A stretch of DNA of 62,446 bases, counting the filler, from Sluysia triapertura (taxonomy: Eukaryota), in NCBI GenBank assembly GCA_046118255.1. It is 5 parts of 5 records of this genome, joined end to end, with 100 filler letters (N's around TTAATTAATTAA, not from the genome) between each part and the next. Parts side by side here need not be neighbours in the genome. Positions count along the whole stretch, not along the records: positions 50,766 to 62,446 come from JBJNIA010180473.1; 4 more parts are not named here. One strand, written 5' to 3'. This document shows positions 54,101-62,446 of the stretch, piece after piece. Within the stretch, counting starts at the first letter, position 1. Every line of letters begins with the position of its first letter. The notes beneath the pieces are model-generated. The model was not told where the DNA came from. It ran no database searches and saw only the letters and a list, made by a program, of their open reading frames with translations. The position numbers were made by a program, and so were the translations under genes.

Positions 54101-56919
54101 TTATTTAGCGTACTATATTTGTTGTTAAATTATATTCTTTAGAAGATTTTCCATAATTCACAGATGTGAAAAACAGGACAATTTGAAATATCTTTACAAT
54201 GTTATATAAAAAGAACGGTCTGTTTTGAATAAGACGTTAATAACAAAATATAACATAAATTACATTCTGGAATATTAATTTTTGATTGTTATAGAACAAA
54301 TTTATCATAATTTACAGAAATGTTAAACAATTTATAAATAATTTCTAAATAATTTATAGAAAAGGTAAACCAGACCTATATTTCTGAAATTAGTAAAGAC
54401 TAATAATAAAATTACAAGAAATTAAATATTACTGTATTTTTTTTAGGAAAAACTCCACAAATTTAACCGTTTGGTACTTCATTTTTGATAATTTTCAAAA
54501 CACAAAGAAATCTGTGGTAATAAAAATTTTAAATTTAAATCTGGGTAGGTCGACTGCTGATCGTTACACACAATATTAAAGAAAAGTTAATGAAATTCGC
54601 ATTTAAAGAAAGTAAACCTTGAATGAATTGTCTGAAGACAAACTCTTACATTAGTTTCAAATCACAAATACATAACACTTTACTGAATATTGAAATAACA
54701 CAAAACAGCAATCCTGAGTTAAATTTAGCTTCTAGTGAATTTGTAATCCAAATATCTTCAAAAGAATAATCTGCTTTGTTAGCTTTCGTAGTTATGCAAA
54801 AAATAATACCTACATGTTTATTTATTTATTCTTGAAAATATTCCATAGAATGATTTTCATCTATTAAAAAATTGTTGGAATTATATTTCTATATGCCGGG
54901 TTGCAACAGATTCATACATACCTAGGCATAACGGCTTCAGCCATAAATACTAAATCCATATTACAAGCAATAATAGGTAGATGCTTTTCAGGCAACTTTT
55001 CTGGAGCACGATTCGGTAGTCCACCTGTAACCAGTAAATCAATAAGAAGTTGTAAATACGATTCCCAATTTTTCGGTTCACCCAATAAAATGATAGCTTA
55101 AATTAAAATAAAATATAATTTTAATTTATTTATTACCTTCAAGTTTTTCCATTCCATATTCAACATATCCTTTAGCCTTAAAACAAATAAATAAAAATAA
55201 CTAATAAACTTACGACAGTTCTACGATTATCATGGTCAACCATGTCTAACAACGGGTAAGCTTTTTTTACATCATCAAGAGTAAATACTTTTTTAAATCC
55301 TAATCTAAAAATATTAAAATATTTGTGAAACAATTACTCAGTTGCTATTTGAACTACACAATCTTGACCAACAAATAATACGTTTTTATCGTGCCAGTGT
55401 GTAAAAACTTTCAATGGGCTCGGTGCATGAATGACTTGATCAGGATCAATCTATGAAATATTAAAATTATTTTCAAGAATTACTTTAATGTTAAACCATT
55501 TCGAGATCAGTTTAGCTTTCGTATCTGTTAAGTGGCATGCATTTGTCAAAAAGGCAACTGGAACCTTTAATTCTCCAAATTCATCTTTGATTAGATCAAA
55601 TAATTTAATTGCTGGATCTAAAGGATGTAAGCCCCTTGCCAAAACACCATCAATATCAAATAATAAACCAAATGTAGGCTGCAGAAAACAAAATTAAAAC
55701 TAATATAAATATGATTTATATTTTTATCATAAAATTTATGGTATAATGTAAGTACCTAGTTAATTTATATCGCAGTAAAAGTCAGATGTTATTTTAGAGA
55801 ATAATAAATTTTTAGTCACAAAAGATCATGAATTATAATTAATAATATGAAATTAATTCTTATGTAGTACTTATTATTTTACTGTAGAGCGAAATTAATA
55901 CTTATAACACAAATTTTTGCATGAGGATTTAAGTCTTAATTTAACATTTAACATAATCTGTCATGTGATTTTAAGATATGTTTTGTTTAAGATTCCGTGA
56001 AAATTTTTAGAATATACAATTATTTAGGTATCCTTAAAATTACCAAAAATGTAATAAAATAATATAATAAAGATGCTTAAAGTATTGATTTTAAGAAAAC
56101 CGTTTACTTGCTTATATTGGAAACTAATACTTTTTTTTCATTCTACAATCGAATTATAATCTTCTTTTAGTTATTGATAAATTCTGATTAGATGCAATTA
56201 GTTTATTTATTGTTCGATAAATAAATTGTTTAAAACATTTTTACAAACATACAAAACATTGAATCCACCAAATATATCAAAATTCCTCAACTTTTTACAA
56301 ATGTGTTGAAATTTAAAAAAATTATACACTCTTTTGTAATACCTTATTTTTTAATTATTTTATTCAAAAATTCAACTAAAAATTGTGTGGCTATTGAAAT
56401 TTTAACTTTGCCGTTTCATATAGGAAGAAAACAATTCATAGTATTATTTATTATTATTCATATATTATTTATAGAATATATTTTATTTGTGAATATTTTG
56501 TTTAATCAATTATTGGTCAATATCTAAGTACTAAACAAAATGCAATAATAAAAAAACCTTTATTTAAACCATTCAGAATGAATTTTACCCTTAAACTCTT
56601 AGATTTTTGAATTGTGGAGAAATATAGGTTAAAATAACTTCAATAAAATTTAACATTTACAAAATAGTTAGCAATAAATTATAAAACTAAATGGAATCAA
56701 ATTTAAAATTTATAAGTTATTTCCAATTGACATAAAACCTAATCAATTTTTGAGTACATTATTAATGTATATTTTTTTCGAACACGTGCATAAAATAAAT
56801 TATAAACAAAATATAGTACATATATTATTTCTTACTTCTTTAACACTATTCCTTTTTTCATAGACAAAGCTAGAATTAAATTGATCTCGCGATTCATCAT
56901 TTATTTGTTCGTCTGTCAT
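51152..56919 (-). CDS. HDHD5: HAD-superfamily subfamily IIA hydrolase, CECR5/HDHD5 family. Exons: 56919-56836, 55678-55484, 55450-55338, 55304-55214, 55176-55137, 55096-54922, 53775-53730, 53022-52880, 51910-51717, 51327-51152
   Basis: The spliced frame contains FGLLFDIDGVL (motif I), VAFLTN (motif II), [27 protein letters not shown], IGKPS (motif III), GDNPAVDILGAN (motif IV) and SILVQTGVY. All introns are GT-AG with consistent phase. The first exon is inferred from ATG, GTAAG donor and phase. Confidence 0.9.
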
Positions 56920-58174
56920 AATTAATTTTCTAATAAAGATTGAAACTATTCACAAGTTTATTATACAGTTTATTAACAAATCACACTTGAGAAATTATAA
57001 CATTCAAGGAAATCCGTCAAGACAATTTTAAACTTTGTAAACATACAAAATAAAAATTCTGTAACAAATAAATTGATTGACACTTCAAAATTAATCGTAT
57101 TTGTTTCATGCTAATAGTAACTATTGAATTTATAACAAAAAATTATAAAACCGATAAACAAGTAATTATTGTATCATAAACCATTTAAGTGATTTATTAG
57201 GTTCCGACGATGATGATGTTATTTATGACCTTATTAAATACATGAAGTGTTAATATATTTTGATTTTCGCACGGAAATTCAAAATATAACTTGATGATTC
57301 TATTATAATGATGTTACATTTTTTTTGGAGTTCGACCTTTAAATAAACAATAAGTAAATTGAAGTTATGATTAATTTTTTTGTTATCATTCGAATAGAAA
57401 TATTTCGAAGTTAATTTAACATTTCAACTGTAATCAAGAATCAAACATCGCTAATGCATATAATGTTCTGATACCGTATGTCCTTAAACTTTCATATGTA
57501 GCACCTAGTAATTGTGATGGTTTATATTTATAGAATTTTTGAAGTTTTGACAATTATTAAGACAAATTGTCATCCAATATCCTGATGATGGTTAATTCAA
57601 ATTAATATTTTTTATTTAGTTTTCTATTAAATAATATAACTAATGATTCGTTTAAAATTAATAACTAAATGATAACAATATTTCGATTTACTTTTTTTCA
57701 AGTAATTTATTATTTATCTAAACAAAAATTCAAAACTACTGATTATCTGTAACATAGAATATTTGGAAGTAGATAGAAATTTCCGCCTTAAACCTATCCC
57801 ACCTTCCGGGAGGGTTCCGATTAGGTACCTCATTGAATGGTTTTTATTATGGATTGGATTAGAGCATTCTGATTGGTCAAATGAGTATCTTATTAAATTT
57901 GGTTTATTGGATTAGAATGAGTTTTAATTTTTATTTGTTGTTCATAAATTGGATATAGATTTTTAAGAGGGATGATAGTATTATGTAAAATAGGACAACC
58001 CCCTACTTTTCTTTATATACAAACAATTTATTTTACAACAAATTAATTACACAATATAATAAATAAACATGAATAAATTATTATTTATTTATAATTTCCA
58101 TTTTTAGTATATTTTTAACTACTACATTGCATTTAGCCAAATAAATAAATAAATGTTTTATTTAAGAGACTGTA

Positions 58175-58680
58175 CAGCGTTTTGTATAACGTATTGTTCC
58201 TGAGTTTTTCAATACCTCTACACACCTTTTTGTCATCGAATTAATAACTGTATTTACAATTTTTATTTCAATATTGCATTTTGTAACTCAAAAAAGGGAA
58301 AGTAAAGCACGTGTTGCCAAAAAGTTAAACAGATCAAGATATGCGAAATCCAATTGTTTGGATAATAGTTATAAAAAGCAATGGAAACAAACGGGCCTTT
58401 CTAATCGGCAAAAAAGGAGTTTAATAAGGTACGCGAAAAATGCAACATTGTATACAACTCGTATAATGTCAGATTTATAGCTAAACTGCAGTATGGAGAA
58501 TATTAAACATTAGTGGTGAGGTCGAATTTATTTAGATGCTTGCTAAACCTCCACTTACTGATGCTCATAAAATAGCAAGAATTAACTTTGCCAAAAATCA
58601 TATTAATAACCATATTGAATGGACCAAGATAATGTTCTCAGATGAGAATAAATTTAATTTGGATGATCCTGATGGTTATA
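58175..58680 (+). mobile_element. Truncated, decayed Tc1/mariner (Tc3-like) transposase
   Basis: KPPLTDAHKIARINFAKNH...WTKIMFSDENKFNLDDPDG matches the Tc3/Tc1 first-Asp motif FSDEKKFNLDGPDG. The upstream HTH-like region is GLSNRQKRSLIR. Possible TA|CAG left end at 58173-58177. Confidence 0.85.
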
Positions 58681-60122
58681 TTGTGAAAATTTATGTTTAG
58701 TTACAACATAATGTGAAACGTGAGTCCCTACGATCATGGAATTATACAATTAAGGGCTAGTCCGTAAGTTTTAGCAAAAGAAAGTTAATTGTGGAGGTTT
58801 ATTTTTTTTATTATTGTGGTAAATCCTCAAATTTGATAATTTAACTTCAATTAATTCCTTAAAATGAGTAATATTTAGTAATTTAGGATTTCGTGCTATT
58901 TTTCGACCGTATAATTGTAAACGGTGTTCCTTATTAAAATCATTGGATGATCAAATCACAATTTTCAATACCTTAATGTATGTTAATAACAAAAGTAATA
59001 CAGGAATAAAATAAAATTACAATGATTATAATACAAAATAACATTAATATATAACCTTTAACTTTTTGTAAAAATTTTAATTTGCCAAACTGAATTAAAA
59101 GTTCTGCCAGAAAATCTACAAAAATATATTAAGTCAAAATTTACGACCTATTAAAATAGGTATAACTTAATAACAAATATTAACGATAAATTATTAATGA
59201 AGATGAGGGGTTATCTTGAAAGCAAAACATTGTCCGTTAATATATCTGTCGAAGAAAATTGTTAGTTAAGAAAGTCGAGCAGAAGATTCGAGCAGAATTT
59301 AGTTAAGAGTCGTTTTCCGAATTGAAAAATTATGAGAATGAAAGATCGTATAAAATTGTTGTGCTTTTATTCTAAAAGTCATATGATTTTATACTATTTT
59401 TAGCATGACCTTGAAGAATGTTGGAATTAAAAATATAGAAAAACATTACAATTATTTAGCATTTTTAAACAAATAAATAATTATTATAAAATATATAATA
59501 TAAATCCTGTTCAAACATTACAATTATTTTAAATTAGCTTTTTTAAACAAACAAATTAGTTTAACAAATTATTTTTATTATTTAAATTTCATTACAAATT
59601 ACTAAAACATTTATTGATTTTTAATAGGTTATTGATTCATATTGATTGAACATATTGTATTGGCACACATATTGAATTGAACTTATTGACAGTTATAAAT
59701 AATATGGGCATCATCTGAAAGTTTCAAAAGAAATATTTTCTAAGAGAATTTGTGGTTGAGTATCAGTTATTGTATGGGCTGCCTTAATTATTATACAAAG
59801 CTAGCTTTACGTGTGGTTTCATCAACTCTTAATGGTGACAAGTACTATGATTTAATAAAAGAAGTAGTAGTAAGTCAAACTTCGAGAAAATCTGACATTA
59901 TGCAAAATGTAAACAATATTATACTCTTCTTAAAAATTGTTATATGCAGTAAACATTTTTTGGTAACGTAATTATAACTAGCCATTTTGAATGTAATATT
60001 TTTTTGTGTTTTCAATTTTAAATATTTATATTCTACCGCTGAATGACAAACACTGTCTACCCGCTGTTTTATAATTTATTCATCAAGGAAGTCTATTCAT
60101 CAATTTGTTAGACTTCGTAAAA

Positions 60123-60194
60123 TGGACTAACCGCGGATCGAACTGGGGACCTTCGCTGCGCAGTTCGAAAACTCTACCACTGAGCTATCAGCCC
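60123..60194 (-). ncRNA. tRNA-derived 72-nt module (Ala/Cys-like pseudo-tRNA) inside the 3' LTR
   Basis: GGGCTGA TAGCTCAGTGGTAGAG...GTTCGATCC...TTAGTCCA carries an A-box and B-box, and the acceptor stem pairs. The anticodon arm is non-canonical. Confidence 0.7.
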
Positions 60195-60361
60195 CGCATA
60201 ACAATTACATTACATTTTACCAAATGGCACTTTAGGCCTTTTACCCCAACATATCTCACCCAATTCAATTATGTTTGTCGTCAAACATCATATAAATCAT
60301 TTAACTCATCATCAGAAGAGTATTCGATATGTGGGCTCACTAAATGTTAGACTTCGTAAAG

Positions 60362-60433
60362 TGGACTAACCGGGGATAGAATCCGGGATCTTAGCTGCGC
60401 AGTTCGAATGCTTTACCACTGAGCTATCAGCCC
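60362..60433 (-). ncRNA. tRNA-derived 72-nt module (Ala/Cys-like pseudo-tRNA) inside the 5' LTR
   Basis: GGGCTGATAGCTCAGTGGTAAAGCATTCGAACTGCGCAGCTAAGATCCCGGATTCTATCCCCGGTTAGTCCA. Acceptor, D and T arms are recognisable. Confidence 0.7.
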
Positions 60434-62446
60434 CGTCTAACAATTTCATTTTATTATAGTCAATTTTACCAAATGGCGCTTTAGGCCTTTTTACCCCAAC
60501 AAATTTATTCATCAATTAACAAGTATTATATTATATTGCAGTTAAAAATTCAATAATGATTTTATCTGCAAAATGATAGTCACGAATAATATTAATGAAT
60601 TTACTGAGATTATTAACCTTATAATCTTGTTAATGAAATTTTAGTTAGTATTTTGTATTTAACTTATTTAAATATTTAAAAAGTTTGTAAAAAAAATTCT
60701 AGTTGATTTTGTCTTCACAAACTTAAAGTTGCGGTAAACCTAAATATAAAAATTTTTTCATATTGTCCTTTTTTGCACAGTTAAATCGACCAAAGTAAAT
60801 GTTGACGTATACTTGATAAAGTTCCACTTTCGATAATGTATTTAGGTAGTCTTTTGATCAATGTAATTTCTAATATAAGCATAGAACAAGATTGTTTAGA
60901 CATTAGCTTTAGATTACTTGAGACCGCGCTTTTCTCTTCAAGTTATTTCACCTGACCAAACTTTTTTCAGTAAGCTAGCAGTATAAGATTTTAAATGTAT
61001 AAATCTTACGAAAATTGTAATTAGTGGGAATCGAGTTCTGCGACGGGATGGCGTTACTGTTTGACGAAAATGAATAAAATGAATATATACCGCTTCCAAG
61101 TAAAATATCTCAGTGATATTGAGACCCAAGAATGTATATGCGTGATTGTTAGTTTTGTTTCAACTCGCCGAGGTATATGGTTTAAAGATAAAATGTTATT
61201 AACCAGAAAAAAGTGTACATCTTTTTAGACTGCTTCTATCGTTATGCTTTTGTCTTTTTATATTAGTTTTTAAGTAAAGAAATTTAAAATAAAATTGAGC
61301 GATGTAATTGCACATTTTTATTACTGTTTAAGGCAAATGTACATATATAGATTACACAAATTTTTTATTACTTCATTAAAGCAAATATTTTGATTTTTAT
61401 TATTAATATTATCGAATTCGATTTATGAATTGCTATTTATTATGATGGATTCTTTTAAAAGTATTTATTATATTAAAATGGCTGAAGAAAATGTGAGTTC
61501 TCCCGTGATTTAAGATTTACACACTTAAGGTCCTATTCACATGGTTTAAGATCAATATTCAATTTACAGAACGTTTGTAGGTCACTCAAAGACTTATCAA
61601 TTATTAATCAATCAGTATTAGAATTTTATCGTAGATTTCTAATTATTTGACCTTCTTTTTAAATTGAGGTTAAAATACACTATGTTTACCCTATTTTAAA
61701 TTGGAGTTCAAAAGTTTATTATTATTTTAAATGATTTTAGTTATCGTCCTGATATTTTAGACCTTTTTAAATTAAAGTTCAAAGCACTGCATATTATAGG
61801 GATCAATGAAAAAAACAATTTTTATTAAGTTAATGACTTTTATTCACATTAATAATAATGATATAAAAATTGAACTAAAATTAGTTAGTGAAAGATGAAT
61901 AAAGATTCAGGGAGGCTTAAATTCTTTAAATATGTTAGTTTAGATTTGGTCTAAATTACAGAAGTCGTTAATAACAATAGAATACTTAATCCTTTATTTA
62001 TAATTTACTTGAATTGTCATTATTCGTTGCAATGGTATATAACTTCATTGAATCGTTGTCACTATTCGCTATTTTTAACTGTACCTTCTATATTATTTTT
62101 ATACGGGTGATAGACCTTATCAATTTTTTTATTTCAATTATTTTTAAGGTTGTTGTTACACCCAAATTATTTTTTTACAGGCGTCACTTTCATTTTTATA
62201 CATTATTATTATTGTTGGGATTAGTGAAAGGCAAAGGTAGATCTAAAGGTTCAAGATTCAGGATAACAGATAAGGGTTTATGATGAATTGTAATGATATA
62301 GTCGATATGATATAATGATATGAGATACTCGAATCAAGATAAGGTAATGAAAGTACAAAGAAATAACCGTTTATAAGGTTTTGTTTGTCGAAGTGTTAAA
62401 GTACATTTGTTAATTAACTTAATTAAAAATTATTTAATTTGATAAC

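Larger units (their letters stand above)
60106..60501 (-). mobile_element. TRIM-like miniature LTR element with tRNA-derived LTRs (LTRs 60345-60501 and 60106-60251; 93-bp internal region; TSD AATT)
   Basis: Two direct repeats, each bounded TGTT...AACA, with AATT on both flanks (60102-60105, 60502-60505). On the minus strand a PBS-like TAGTGAGCCCAC lies 2 nt after the 5' LTR, and purine-rich GAATTGGGTGAGA lies before the 3' LTR. Confidence 0.75.

Noticed and set aside
54901-55697. Plus-strand ORFs 54901-55101 and 55488-55697; also 29480-29761, 29914-30129, 3494-3802 and 4196-4540
   Set aside because: They are antisense shadows of genuine coding frames on the opposite strand.
57775-58005. GC-richer segment with several ATTGG (CCAAT) boxes upstream of HDHD5
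   Set aside because: It cannot be distinguished as a promoter versus a repeat fragment from sequence alone, and no termini were found.
60123-60433. Two functional tRNA genes
   Set aside because: Anticodon stems do not pair canonically, the T arms carry mismatches, and both modules lie inside TG...CA repeats with a TSD. They are treated as tRNA-derived.

Overview
Very AT-rich eukaryotic (metazoan-type) genomic scaffold with five 100-nt assembly gaps, four of them carrying an artificial TTAATTAATTAA spacer. Four introns are only 33-40 nt, as in compact-intron animals such as the orthonectid Intoshia; this taxon is an inference only. One complete host gene can be reconstructed by hand: a 10-exon HAD-IIA hydrolase of the HDHD5/CECR5 family (minus, 51152-56919). 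There are also exons of two other spliced genes: an Ig C2-type exon and a Thr/Gln-Pro-rich gene. The rest is a graveyard of repeats and decayed ORFs: piggyBac-type and hAT MITE ends, a Tc3-like transposase fragment, solo-LTR-like families, and a repeat family arranged in alternating orientation. Three things stand out. (1) A 396-bp TRIM-like LTR element whose LTRs each contain a 72-nt tRNA-derived module, with a 4-bp TSD (60106-60501). (2) An intronless cassette of a RING-H2 gene plus a REXO4/ISG20-like DEDDh exonuclease-fold protein whose catalytic residues are replaced, with a second diverged copy of the exonuclease-like gene (29242-31592 and ~35750-37000). (3) A long chimeric ORF (3501-5086, across a gap) containing a Cys-less peroxiredoxin fragment and a 90-bp coding tandem repeat. 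All family assignments come from motif recognition by eye and need database confirmation.
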